Source: a bacterium
GTDB taxonomy: Bacteria; Auribacterota; Erginobacteria; Erginobacterales; DAOSXE01
Assembly: GCA_035380285.1 (NCBI GenBank)
Contig: DAOSXE010000001.1
Span: forward strand, 27,552 to 91,551
Reading direction: 5' to 3'
Length of the DNA: 64,000 nucleotides
Shown here: in pieces, positions 36,650 through 46,109 of the stretch
How positions within the stretch are numbered: the stretch's first letter is position 1
Layout of the letters: each line of letters opens with the position of its first letter
The notes under the pieces: model-generated
The model's database searches: none
What the model was told of the DNA's origin: nothing
Seen by the model: only the letters and a program-made list of their open reading frames with translations
Made by a program: the position numbers and the translations under genes

Positions 36650-38035
36650 TCAGACTTTCCCGGAGAGGTTGGCCAGGAGAAACTCCCTGAACTCCGGGTA
36701 GGTGCAGCCCATCGGCATCGGGCTTCCGCTTCTGGAATCAAGGTCGCCGAGCGCGGCGGGGGCGTCGGGGTGGAACCCCAGCAGCGTTTCGATCTCTTCG
36801 GGAAACTTGGCGGGATGCGCGGTCTCGATCGAGAGGCAGGGGTTGAAATCCCCCTCCTCGGCCAAAAATTCCCGCAGGCCCTTCCAGCCGACGGCCCCGT
36901 GGGGCTCGAGCAGGAGCCGGTGTTCCTTCCACGCCGCCAGAATGGTGCGGCGGGTGGTTTCGTCGCTGACGCTGACCGAGCGGATCCTCCGGCGCATTTC
37001 TTCGATATCGGGCAGGCGGTAAACGGTGCCGTCCTTGTCCACGGTGCCCCCGTAAACGTCGAAGAAACGGGCAAGGTTGCTGGGATGCCCGACGTTCATG
37101 GCGTTGGAGAGACACGTCCGGGACGGGGAGACCTTGCGGTAGGAGCCGTCGGCCAGAAAACGGGGGAATTCGTCGTTTTCATTGGTGGGCATGAGCAGCC
37201 GCCGCAGGGGAAGCCCCATGCGGCGGGCGATCTCGCAGCCGAAAGCGTTGCCGAAGTTCCCCGAAGGGACCGAAACCACGATTTCTTCCCCGGCGTCGGC
37301 GACCTGGGCATAGCCCCAAAGATAGTAAATGCTCTGGGGAAGGACCCGGCCGATGTTGATGGAATTGGCCGACGTAAGGTTGAGATCGGCCAGGCCGGGG
37401 TCGAGAAACGCCTGTTTCACCATGTTCTGGCAGTCGTCGAATTTGCCGTCCACCACCAGGGTGCGGACGTTTCCCCCGATGGTGTCGAGCTGTTTTTTCT
37501 GGCGGGGGCTGACCTCGAGCCGGGGGTAGAGGATGCAGACGTCGATCCCCTCCACGCCCTTGAAGGCTTCGCCGATGGCGCTGCCGGTGTCTCCGGAAGT
37601 GGCGACCAGAACATTGAGCCGCCGCCGGGGGTCCTTGAGCCGGGACATGAGCCTCGACATCAAGCGCGCCGCGAAGTCCTTGAAGGAGGCGGTAGGGCCT
37701 TGATCGAGACGCATGACGAACTTACGGTCGTAGACCCGTTCCAACGGCACCGGGAAGTCGTAAGCGTCCCGGACGGCCTCCTCCAGGCCGGCGTCGTCCA
37801 ACTCTCCGCCCAGGTATTCGCGCATGACCAGAAACGCCGCTTTCCAATAAGGAGCGTCCCGCAGCGCGGAGATGTCCCCGGTTGAAAACGAGGGGAACCG
37901 TTCCGGGAGAAACAGGCCTCCGTCCGGGGCCTGCCCCGCGATCAGGGCTTCGCGGAAGCTGACGGTTCCGGCGAACGGCGCCCGCCCGGCGGTGTCGACG
38001 GCGCGGTTGGTGCTGTAGTATCGAATTTTTTTCAT
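36650..38035 (-). CDS. thrC: Threonine synthase
   Basis: 461 aa. PLP-lysine motif FKDFAAR (ASFKDF). Thr_synth_N and PALP domains. Confidence 0.85.
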   Translation of the reverse strand: MKKIRYYSTNRAVDTAGRAPFAGTVSFREALIAGQAPDGGLFLPERFPSFSTGDISALRDAPYWKAAFLVMREYLGGELDDAGLEEAVRDAYDFPVPLERVYDRKFVMRLDQGPTASFKDFAARLMSRLMSRLKDPRRRLNVLVATSGDTGSAIGEAFKGVEGIDVCILYPRLEVSPRQKKQLDTIGGNVRTLVVDGKFDDCQNMVKQAFLDPGLADLNLTSANSINIGRVLPQSIYYLWGYAQVADAGEEIVVSVPSGNFGNAFGCEIARRMGLPLRRLLMPTNENDEFPRFLADGSYRKVSPSRTCLSNAMNVGHPSNLARFFDVYGGTVDKDGTVYRLPDIEEMRRRIRSVSVSDETTRRTILAAWKEHRLLLEPHGAVGWKGLREFLAEEGDFNPCLSIETAHPAKFPEEIETLLGFHPDAPAALGDLDSRSGSPMPMGCTYPEFREFLLANLSGKV

Positions 38036-38105
38036 CTCCTGAGTCCCGGGCGTTCCCGCGGGAACCGAAACCGCCCGTTTCCCCGGTAAAAAAGCGCCGG
38101 GAGCT

Positions 38106-39458
38106 TCACCCGTGCCGGTAGCTGAGAGTGATGGCCATGGCCGCCCGGGTCAGGGGATATGCCGTGGGCGGGGCGGTCAGAAGAGGATGGGTCCCGATCT
38201 GGGCGGTCATGATCGAACTCACCGTCATCCGGTTCTGAATCATGATCCCGATCAGGTTGGTGAGTTCCCCGGTACCGTCTCCCCCCATGACCTGTCCCCC
38301 GATAATCACTCCCGATTCCCGGGAGGCGATCAGTTTGACCAGCTGTATCTGAGTCCCGGGCATGGTCCCGGGGTGTTTATCCGCCCCCTGAAACGATCCG
38401 GTGACGATATCGAATCCCCGTTCCCGGGCCAGGTTTTCCTTGACGCCGGCCACCCCGAACGCGGTCGTCCCCACCGCGGTGGAATAAATGGCGATGGTGC
38501 CGCCGAAGGTCTTGACCGCCGAGAGGCTATAGAGGTTCATGGCCGCGATCCGGGCTTCGGCGCACGCGGTGGAGGCGAGCATCACCGGAATGGAGTCGCG
38601 GGTGATGAAGCTTTTCTTTTCGGCGCAGTCCCCCACCGCGAAAACGTCGCGGTTTTCGGTCATCATGTATTCGTTGACCTGGACGAAGCCCATGCGGTTG
38701 AGCGGGATCCCCGCGGCCTCGGCCAGCCCGGTAGCGGGGATATAGCCGGTGGCCAGGATGACGGCGTCGGATTTTATCTCTTCGCCGCTTTCCAGGCGCA
38801 CCCCCGTGACCCGGCCCTTTCCCATAACCTCCCGGACCCCGACCCCGGCGACGACGTTCACCCCTCGGTCCTTGAGGATCTCCTCGGCCTTTATCGTCAA
38901 TTCGGGGTCGAAGGCCAATTCCAGAACATGGGGGAGCTTTTCGATCAAGGTCACCCGTTTGCCGGATTTGGTCAGTTCATCGGCGACCTCGACTCCGATA
39001 AAGCCGCCGCCGACGATGATTACGGACCCGCATTCGCCCAGGCGTCGGACCATCCGTTCCAGGTACTCCTTGTCCTTGGGGATGAGGAAGAGGTTCTCCC
39101 GTTCTTTGCCGCGGAACGTCTTGGGGACCGAGGGGACCGAACCCAGGGCCAGAACGAGTTTCTCGAAACCGATCGTTTCCCCGCCCGCGGTGGCGCAGGT
39201 CTTGGCCTCCTGGTCGACGGCGACGACTTCGTCGATCAGCAGATCGACTCCGGCATTGAGCAGAACCCGATCGGGGATAAGATCCTGATCGATGCCCCGG
39301 AGAGTCGCGAAGATATAAGGGATCCCGCAGGGAGTCAGAACCTGCTTCTCCCGGCGCACCAGCAGAACGCTTTTCCCGGGATGAAACGCCTTGGCGGTGG
39401 TGGCGGCCACGATCCCCGAGGCGCTCCCTCCGACGACCAGCACATCCGTTTTTCTCAT
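38106..39458 (-). CDS. FAD-dependent pyridine nucleotide-disulfide oxidoreductase (NADH oxidase / CoA-disulfide reductase class)
   Basis: FAD-binding GxGxxG VLVVGGSASGIVAA. Redox Cys TPCGIPY. Second Rossmann IIVGGGFIGVE. C-terminal dimerisation domain. Confidence 0.8.
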   Translation of the reverse strand: MRKTDVLVVGGSASGIVAATTAKAFHPGKSVLLVRREKQVLTPCGIPYIFATLRGIDQDLIPDRVLLNAGVDLLIDEVVAVDQEAKTCATAGGETIGFEKLVLALGSVPSVPKTFRGKERENLFLIPKDKEYLERMVRRLGECGSVIIVGGGFIGVEVADELTKSGKRVTLIEKLPHVLELAFDPELTIKAEEILKDRGVNVVAGVGVREVMGKGRVTGVRLESGEEIKSDAVILATGYIPATGLAEAAGIPLNRMGFVQVNEYMMTENRDVFAVGDCAEKKSFITRDSIPVMLASTACAEARIAAMNLYSLSAVKTFGGTIAIYSTAVGTTAFGVAGVKENLARERGFDIVTGSFQGADKHPGTMPGTQIQLVKLIASRESGVIIGGQVMGGDGTGELTNLIGIMIQNRMTVSSIMTAQIGTHPLLTAPPTAYPLTRAAMAITLSYRHG

Positions 39459-39554
39459 AACCGCGCTCCTTATCCTTTTCCGGAGAAGACCAACACTAGC
39501 ACAAATCGCGCGCCCCGGCCACGCGTCCGTTTTCCGCAGGGAGCCGCAGGCCGG

Positions 39555-40325
39555 TCAATAAAGCGTCCGGGGGGGCGTGGACTTCAGGCCCGCGAAAAGA
39601 GGGGAACGAACGATCCCGAGGCGGTTGAGACGGAAGAGAACCGAGGTCCGCAGAACCCCCAGGCCGTAGAGGATGCTGGAGGCCAGGTCGATGGAGGAAG
39701 CTTCGGCGAAATAGCGGGTGGGGCAGGAAATTTCGCCGATCCGGAACCCGGCGTAGATAGCCTGCGCCAGAATCTGGTTGTCGAAGACGAAATCGTCGGA
39801 ATTGTCCTCGAAGGGGATCGCCTCCAGCACTTCCCGGGAATAGCCCCGGTAGCCGGTGTGATACTCCGAAAGTTTATGGTGGAGCAGGAGGTTCTGAATC
39901 AGGGTCAACACCCGGTTGGCGACGTATTTATGCAGGGGCATTCCCCCCGCCAGGGCCCCCACCCCCAGGATTCTGGAACCGAGGACCAGGTCGTAGTGGC
40001 CGATCGAGATCAGGCTTGAAATCGCCGTCAGCAATTTGGGGCTGTACTGGTAGTCGGGGTGAAGCATGACGACGATGTCGGCGCCCTCGGCCAGGGCCGC
40101 CCGGTAGCAGGTCTTCTGGTTGGCGCCGTAACCCCGGTTGGTCCGGTGGATGATGGTCTTGATTCCCAGTTCCCGGGCCTTGGTCACGGTGGCATCGGTG
40201 CTGTGGTCGTCGACCAGAAGGACGTCGTCCACCAGCCAGGACGGGATTTCCCGGTAGGTCCTCTCCAGGGTCAGTTCCGCGTTGTACGCCGGGAGCACGA
40301 CCACGATTTTTTTCCCGTTAAGCAC
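39555..40325 (-). CDS. GT2-family glycosyltransferase (polyprenol-phosphate mannose/glucose synthase-like, DPM1/Ppm1 type)
   Basis: VVLPAYNAELTLERT ... DDHSTD ... DxD region VVMLHPDYQY. 256 aa. Overlaps the downstream beta-helix gene by 8 nt. Confidence 0.75.
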   Translation of the reverse strand: MLNGKKIVVVLPAYNAELTLERTYREIPSWLVDDVLLVDDHSTDATVTKARELGIKTIIHRTNRGYGANQKTCYRAALAEGADIVVMLHPDYQYSPKLLTAISSLISIGHYDLVLGSRILGVGALAGGMPLHKYVANRVLTLIQNLLLHHKLSEYHTGYRGYSREVLEAIPFEDNSDDFVFDNQILAQAIYAGFRIGEISCPTRYFAEASSIDLASSILYGLGVLRTSVLFRLNRLGIVRSPLFAGLKSTPPRTLY

Positions 40326-42564
40326 CGGGTCCTCCCCCTTCGGTTCCGTAAAAGACTCGGGTCATTCCGCGGATGAACCAGCGGGGAGGATCACCCCGGA
40401 GGACCCCGGTGTCGTCGCTCCCGTCCCCGTCATAATCGCCCGTCACCGGAATATCTCCGGGTTTCCCGAAAAAGAAGCGGGATCTTCCCCGGATAAACCA
40501 GCTTCCGTTCGAACCCCGGTATACGGCGATCTCCTCCGTCCCGTCGCCGTTGAAATCGGCGGGAACGGGCATGTCCGATGCCGCTCCATAATAGGCTCTC
40601 GCCCCCTCACCGGTTATCGCCCAGCAACCGGTACCGGGACGGAAAACGGCGGCTTCGACGCTGTCGTCCCCGGAATAATCGGCCGGGACCGGCTGATCCC
40701 GGTCCCGGCCCCACCAGAACCGGGTCTTTCCGCGATAAGCCCACAAGCCCGCCCCGGGACGGAAAAAACCGGCGTCGATCCGCCCGTTCCCCCGAGTATA
40801 GGGGGGCAGGACCAGATCTCCGGGGGCGCCGAAATAAAACCGGGTCTCTCCGCGCACCGCCCAGCGCCCGTCGCGGGAGCGATAGACCGCGGGCCGGGCG
40901 CTCCCGCTCCCGGAATAATCCCCGGCCACGGGAACGTCTGCCTCTCCGCCGAAAGAGAATGCGGAAAAACCGCGGATGGTCCAACGTCCGTCCGACTCCC
41001 GGTAGGCGGCGAAATCGTCGGTTCCGTCCCCGTCGAAGTCGCGTCCCCGCCGGGCCGAGCCCGGATCGAACTCCAGCGGTCCGATGTCGATGCCGGCCCC
41101 CCGGGGGCGGCAGAAGCCGCGGATGTCGAACCCGGGGAGCGGCCCGCCGCCGCCGTTTCCGGCGTCGACGCAGGGCGAACCCGGCAGCAGGGAAAAAGAA
41201 TGCTCGCCGGCGTTTTCCAGGAGGGGATCGGCTCCGATGTTGCCGGAACAGCCGGGGAGAGCGTTCAGCTCGCCGGCGTCGGCGGCGGCGACCTTGCCCG
41301 AAAACAGGCCGCCGGGCATATCGAAAAAGCAGCAGTTGCGGACGGCGAGGTCGCCGGTCCCCAGGTAAAAGGTGTGGTCGAGCCCGATAAAGACGGTATT
41401 GACGATTTCCAGGGGTCCGGCCGCGTCCGTGTCGTAGGCGAACGTGCCGCAGTAACCGACCGATTTGCTTCCGATCAAGGAGTTGACGATACGTCCGGGG
41501 CCTTGCCGGTAGATAACGGCGCCGTCGTCGATGGGGGTGCAGCCGTAGACGATCGAATCGATCAGTTCCCCGTTTCTCCAGAACTTGACGGCGTTGCGGC
41601 CGGCGCCGACGACCGAAGTGCCGATCACCGAGCAGTCGCTGGCCTTGAAGTCGAGGCCGTCGCCCGCCGGGCCGACGATCAGGCACCCCGCCACCAGGAT
41701 GTCGGAACTGTTGACCACGGCCACGGCGTCGAGAGAGGTGTCGTTTCCGCCGGTCGAACGTCGAAACGAGCAATCCGATATCCGCATCCCTTTGACGTTG
41801 GCGTCGTTCTCGTCCCCGATATTGACTCCGATATCGGCTCCTTCGACCTCGACGTCTTCGAGGATGAGTCCTTCGATCTGGTATTTGACCCCGGGCCCGT
41901 CGGGATCGAAGCCGTCGGGCCCGTCATAGACGTCGGAGAGAAGGTAGGAAGTGCTGAAAAATTCGGTGATGAACCCCTCGCCCCGGTGCCTGAACTCCCG
42001 GGCCCGGATATCGACAAGGGAAACGTTCTTCATGGCCGCGCTCTCGAGGGGGGCGCCCAGATAAAACGGGTTGGACCAACCCTCGAGGGTGAGGTTGCGG
42101 AAGGCGAGGTTGGCGTAGGGGCCGGAGGCCTGGAAGAGATGGGCCGCTCCCCAGGAATCCGGATCGCCGGGCCAGAAGGAGGGCCGGATGACCGCTTCTT
42201 CGCCCGTCTTCCCCTCGATCAGGAGATTCCCCCGGGTTATTTCCAGGTATTCGTGTTCGACGGGCCGCAGATAAACACCCCCGGCGAGTTCGATCCGCAT
42301 CGGTGTTTGGGGGTACTGGTTGGCGAGAATGACGGCGCCCCCCAGGGTCCGCTTGGGCGCCTGGGGCGACGTTCCCGGATTGCCGTCGTTCCCCCCCGGG
42401 GCGACATAGACGACCGTTTCTCCCTGGGGTTGCCAGGGAGTTTCGGGGACGTCCCCCGGTTCCAGGTAGGCGCAGGCGTCGAGAACCCCGGAGAGGGGAG
42501 GGCATGTCCCCCGGGAACCCGGGGCCGATACGATCGCCGCCAGAGCCATGGAAATCGCCAACAT
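40318..42564 (-). CDS. Secreted right-handed parallel beta-helix (pectate-lyase-like) protein with four C-terminal FG-GAP/VCBS-type repeats
   Basis: Signal peptide MLAISMALAAIVSAPG. Asn/Gly ladder typical of beta-helix. Repeats of form DFDGDGTDD ... DGRWxIRG ... FG ... GDxPVxGDY. Confidence 0.65.
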   Translation of the reverse strand: MLAISMALAAIVSAPGSRGTCPPLSGVLDACAYLEPGDVPETPWQPQGETVVYVAPGGNDGNPGTSPQAPKRTLGGAVILANQYPQTPMRIELAGGVYLRPVEHEYLEITRGNLLIEGKTGEEAVIRPSFWPGDPDSWGAAHLFQASGPYANLAFRNLTLEGWSNPFYLGAPLESAAMKNVSLVDIRAREFRHRGEGFITEFFSTSYLLSDVYDGPDGFDPDGPGVKYQIEGLILEDVEVEGADIGVNIGDENDANVKGMRISDCSFRRSTGGNDTSLDAVAVVNSSDILVAGCLIVGPAGDGLDFKASDCSVIGTSVVGAGRNAVKFWRNGELIDSIVYGCTPIDDGAVIYRQGPGRIVNSLIGSKSVGYCGTFAYDTDAAGPLEIVNTVFIGLDHTFYLGTGDLAVRNCCFFDMPGGLFSGKVAAADAGELNALPGCSGNIGADPLLENAGEHSFSLLPGSPCVDAGNGGGGPLPGFDIRGFCRPRGAGIDIGPLEFDPGSARRGRDFDGDGTDDFAAYRESDGRWTIRGFSAFSFGGEADVPVAGDYSGSGSARPAVYRSRDGRWAVRGETRFYFGAPGDLVLPPYTRGNGRIDAGFFRPGAGLWAYRGKTRFWWGRDRDQPVPADYSGDDSVEAAVFRPGTGCWAITGEGARAYYGAASDMPVPADFNGDGTEEIAVYRGSNGSWFIRGRSRFFFGKPGDIPVTGDYDGDGSDDTGVLRGDPPRWFIRGMTRVFYGTEGGGPGA

Positions 42565-42641
42565 TCTTTAACCTGAGGTGACGGCCGTTGTTCTTTATAC
42601 TAACATAACACGAGCTCGGTAGTGAGGCCACAGGGGGAGAG

Positions 42642-43409
42642 ATGAAGATAACCGTCATCGGTTCGGGAACGGGGACGCCTTCCCCGCGGCGGAAAGCGCC
42701 CGCGCTTCTGGTCGAAACCGGCCGTCGGAAGATGCTTTTCGACTGCGGCCCGGACACGCTCCACGGCCTGGCCGAGGCCGGCTGCTTCCCCGGCGACCTG
42801 GACCGGGTCTGGATCACCCATCTTCACCCGGACCATAGCCTGGGCATCCCCCACCTGCTTTTCGCCTGCCGTTACTCCCGCCCGCCGCGCCGCCGCCCCC
42901 TGGAGATCGCGGGACCGGCGGGTCTGAAGCGGGCGCTCGCCGGCTTCCGCTGCGTTTACCCGGACTGGCTGGAGGCCCGTGAGTACGAATTGACGGTCCG
43001 GGAGCTGGCCCCGGGCCGGTATCTCGACGAAGATATCGCCGTTACCGCCCTTCGGGTCGTCCACGGCCCCGAAAGTCTGGGATACCGTCTTTGCGCGCCC
43101 GGGAAGGGGATACTGGCCTATACGGGCGACAGCGCCTACTGCCCGGCCCTGGTCGAATTGGGGGCCGGGGCCGATCTTCTGGTCGCCGAAGCCTCCTTTC
43201 CCGCGGGCCGCGCTGTTCCGGGTCACCTGACCCCCGAACTGGCCGGCCGCGTCGCCCGGGAAGCGGGGGCGCGGGAGCTGGTGATCACCCATCTGTATCC
43301 GCTCTGCGACTCGGTCGACGTCCACGCCCAGGCCGCCCGGGAATTCGCCGGCCGGATCCACGTGGCCGAAGACGGGATGACGGTCACGGTGGGGGAAGGG
43401 GGCACGTGA
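42642..43409 (+). CDS. MBL-fold metallo-hydrolase (RNase Z / ElaC-like short form)
   Basis: HxHxDH motif VWITHLHPDHSLG. Start MKITVIGSGTGTPS. 255 aa. Confidence 0.7.
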   Translation: MKITVIGSGTGTPSPRRKAPALLVETGRRKMLFDCGPDTLHGLAEAGCFPGDLDRVWITHLHPDHSLGIPHLLFACRYSRPPRRRPLEIAGPAGLKRALAGFRCVYPDWLEAREYELTVRELAPGRYLDEDIAVTALRVVHGPESLGYRLCAPGKGILAYTGDSAYCPALVELGAGADLLVAEASFPAGRAVPGHLTPELAGRVAREAGARELVITHLYPLCDSVDVHAQAAREFAGRIHVAEDGMTVTVGEGGT

Positions 43410-44776
43410 GCGGGAGAATACATTTTTGCGGGATCGCGGGAACGGGTCTGAGTGCCCTGGCCCGGTTGGCGGTCTGGCGCGGGCTGCGGGTCAGCGGTTC
43501 GGATCGTTTTTTCGATCGGGGGGAGTCGCGGGAACTGCGGCGGGCGCTGGAGAAGGAAGGGATCGTCATTCTTCCCCAGGACGGTTCCGGGGTCAGCGGG
43601 GCCGAAACGGTCGTGAGTTCGGCGGCGGTCGAGGCGGATATCCCCGACGTGGCGGAGGCACGGAAAATGGGAGTGTCCGTGGTCTCCCGCGCCGCCTTTC
43701 TCCGGGAATGGGGACGTCCATACCGCCGGGTGGCCGTAGCCGGGACCAACGGGAAGTCGACGACGACGGCGATGCTGGCCTGGATACTGCACCGCCTGGG
43801 GCGGGACCCGACGGTGGTCCTGGGGGCCGAGCCGCGGGGCGACTGGGGCGGAGAGGGCAACGCCCGCGCGGGAGGATCGGACCTCTTCTGCTTCGAGGCC
43901 GACGAAAGCGACGGGGAACTGGATTCCTACCGCCCCGAAGTCGGAGCGGTTACCAACATCTCGGAAGATCATTTTTGCCTGGACGATCTGGTCGGGATCT
44001 TTCAGCGCTTCGCCGCCTCCGTGACGGAGACGCTGGTCGTCAACCGGGATTCGTCGCCGTGCCGCGCACTTTTTCGGCACGCCCGTTCCTGCACGACTTT
44101 CTCCCTGGAGGGGGAGGGGGATTACAACGCCTCGGAGGTGGAATTGAAGCCCGCCGGTTCCCGCTTCCGCTGGAATGAAATCCCATGCTTCATTTCCCTC
44201 CCCGGCGTTCATAATGTCGCCGATGCCCTCTGCGCTTTGACCGTCGCCGCGGTGCTGGGCGCCGATCCCCGTTCGGCCGCCGACGCCCTGGCTTCGTTCC
44301 CCGGGTTGGGAAGGCGACTGGAGGTGGTGGGGTACTCCGGCGGAACCGCGGTTCTCGACGACTACGCCCATAACCCGGCCAAGATCGCCGCTTCCCTGGC
44401 CGCGGCGCGGCTGCTGAAGAAACACCTGGCGGTAGTGTACCGGCCCCACGGTTTTACCCCGCTGGCCCGTTTCCTTGCCGGGTACGCCCGGGCCTTTTCC
44501 GCGGGGTTGGGACCGGAGGATCTCCTGGTTCTCCTCCCGGTGTTCTACGCGGGGGGCACCGCCGCGGAGGGGAAGGGCAGCAGGGACTTGGCCGTCGGGA
44601 TAACCGGGGGCTGCCGCGTCCTCCTGGCCGACGACCTGGACGAGGCCGCGGCCGCGGTGGAGCAGGCCTTGCGCCCGGAAACCGCGGTTATTTTCATGGG
44701 GGCCAGGGACCCGGATCTTTCATCCGGCGCCCGACGGTTTTTGTCTTCGCTGCGCGACCGGGGGGGGGAAGGGTGA
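43406..44776 (+). CDS. Mur ligase family protein, Mpl/MurC-like (UDP-MurNAc:peptide ligase)
   Basis: GTG start overlapping MBL stop (GTGA). MurC/Mpl N-terminal IHFCGIAGTGLSALA. P-loop GTNGKSTTTAML. Mur_ligase_C. Located outside any dcw cluster and near nagA/nagZ, which favours Mpl. Confidence 0.65.
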   Translation: MSGRIHFCGIAGTGLSALARLAVWRGLRVSGSDRFFDRGESRELRRALEKEGIVILPQDGSGVSGAETVVSSAAVEADIPDVAEARKMGVSVVSRAAFLREWGRPYRRVAVAGTNGKSTTTAMLAWILHRLGRDPTVVLGAEPRGDWGGEGNARAGGSDLFCFEADESDGELDSYRPEVGAVTNISEDHFCLDDLVGIFQRFAASVTETLVVNRDSSPCRALFRHARSCTTFSLEGEGDYNASEVELKPAGSRFRWNEIPCFISLPGVHNVADALCALTVAAVLGADPRSAADALASFPGLGRRLEVVGYSGGTAVLDDYAHNPAKIAASLAAARLLKKHLAVVYRPHGFTPLARFLAGYARAFSAGLGPEDLLVLLPVFYAGGTAAEGKGSRDLAVGITGGCRVLLADDLDEAAAAVEQALRPETAVIFMGARDPDLSSGARRFLSSLRDRGGEG

Positions 44777-44780
44777 GGAG

Positions 44781-46109
44781 ATGCGCTACCGGGAGGCCTT
44801 GGAATATCTGTATTCGCTGAGGTTGTTCGGGACCAAGCTGGGACTCGACAATATCCGCGAAGTGCTCCGGCGCCTCGACCACCCGGAAGCGAATATCGAT
44901 TTTTACCACGTCGCCGGAACCAACGGCAAGGGCTCCACCTGCGCCTTTTTGAACAGCCTGCTCGGCCTCACCCGGACCCGGGTGGGATGCTTCACCTCCC
45001 CCCATTTGGAAGACTTCCGGGAACGGATCCGAGTCGACGGCAAGGCGATAGGGAAGAAGGAAGTCTGCCGTTTGCTGGAACGCCTGGCGCCGGTCCTGGA
45101 GGGCGTGGCCCGCGCTCCGGGCTGCGCCCACCCCACCTACTTCGAAGCCGTGACCGCCCTGGCCCTCTGCTATTTCCGGGAACGCGGGGTCGAAGCCGCG
45201 GTCTGGGAAGTGGGAATGGGGGGGCGGTTGGACGCCACCAACGCGGTCGTCCCCAAGGTCGCGGTCGTCACCACGGTGGCGATGGACCACTCCGCGTATC
45301 TGGGGAACGACCTGGAGAGCATCGCCGCCGAAAAGGCCGGTATCGTCAAATCCGGGGTGCCGACGGTGACGGGAGACCTTCCACCGGAAGCCCAGGGGGT
45401 GGTGAAAAACGCCTGCCGGATTCGGGGGGCGCGACTGTTGCGGGCATCGTCGCTGTTCTCCCGGACGGAGCCGGAGGTGGCCGGTTCCCGAAGCGTCTTT
45501 ACGGTGGGTTTTCCCGACGGCCTCGGCGTAAAACTGGCTCTGCGCCTCCTGGGGCGGCATCAGGCCGACAACTGCCTCACCGCCCTGGCGGCCTGGTGGA
45601 CGGGAGAGGCCGGCGCCGCCGGGCGCCTCGACCGCGGCCGGGTGGCCCGGGCCCTGGAGGAGACCTTTTGGCCGGGACGCTTCGAGATCATGCGCCGCGG
45701 GGGGATAGAGTTCATCGTCGACGGCGCCCATAATCCGGCGGGGGCCCGGGCCCTCGCCGACGTCCTGGGCCGATACCTGCGGGGGCGCCCGTATTCCCTG
45801 ATTCTGGGGGTCCTGGCGGACAAGGACGTGGACGGTATCGTCCGGGAACTGGTTCCCGGGGCCCGAGTGGTCCGGACGGTTACGGTGGCGGGCAGCAGGG
45901 CCCTTCCCGGGGAGGAACTGGCGGCCCGCTGCCGCGCCGCCGGGGATGACGGAAGGATTATTTCCTGCGAAACCCTTGAGCGGGCGATCGGGGATTGCTA
46001 TAGTGGCGCAGAGCCCGTTTCGACCGTGGTGGTCGCCGGATCGCTCCGGCTGGCGGGGGCGGCTCGGGGGATGATCGGGTCCCGGGACCGGCGGACCCGG
46101 AGGGGATGA
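44781..46109 (+). CDS. folC: Bifunctional folylpolyglutamate synthase / dihydrofolate synthase
   Basis: MRYREALEYLYSL ... GxxGKGST P-loop HVAGTNGKGSTCAF. Mur-ligase middle and C-terminal domains. Confidence 0.8.
   Translation: MRYREALEYLYSLRLFGTKLGLDNIREVLRRLDHPEANIDFYHVAGTNGKGSTCAFLNSLLGLTRTRVGCFTSPHLEDFRERIRVDGKAIGKKEVCRLLERLAPVLEGVARAPGCAHPTYFEAVTALALCYFRERGVEAAVWEVGMGGRLDATNAVVPKVAVVTTVAMDHSAYLGNDLESIAAEKAGIVKSGVPTVTGDLPPEAQGVVKNACRIRGARLLRASSLFSRTEPEVAGSRSVFTVGFPDGLGVKLALRLLGRHQADNCLTALAAWWTGEAGAAGRLDRGRVARALEETFWPGRFEIMRRGGIEFIVDGAHNPAGARALADVLGRYLRGRPYSLILGVLADKDVDGIVRELVPGARVVRTVTVAGSRALPGEELAARCRAAGDDGRIISCETLERAIGDCYSGAEPVSTVVVAGSLRLAGAARGMIGSRDRRTRRG

Noticed and set aside
40578-41773. 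Overlapping 270-aa (+) and 388-aa (-) ORFs within the beta-helix protein gene
   Set aside because: Products are almost pure Arg/Gly/Pro. The in-frame 748-aa secreted protein with signal peptide and repeats is the real gene.
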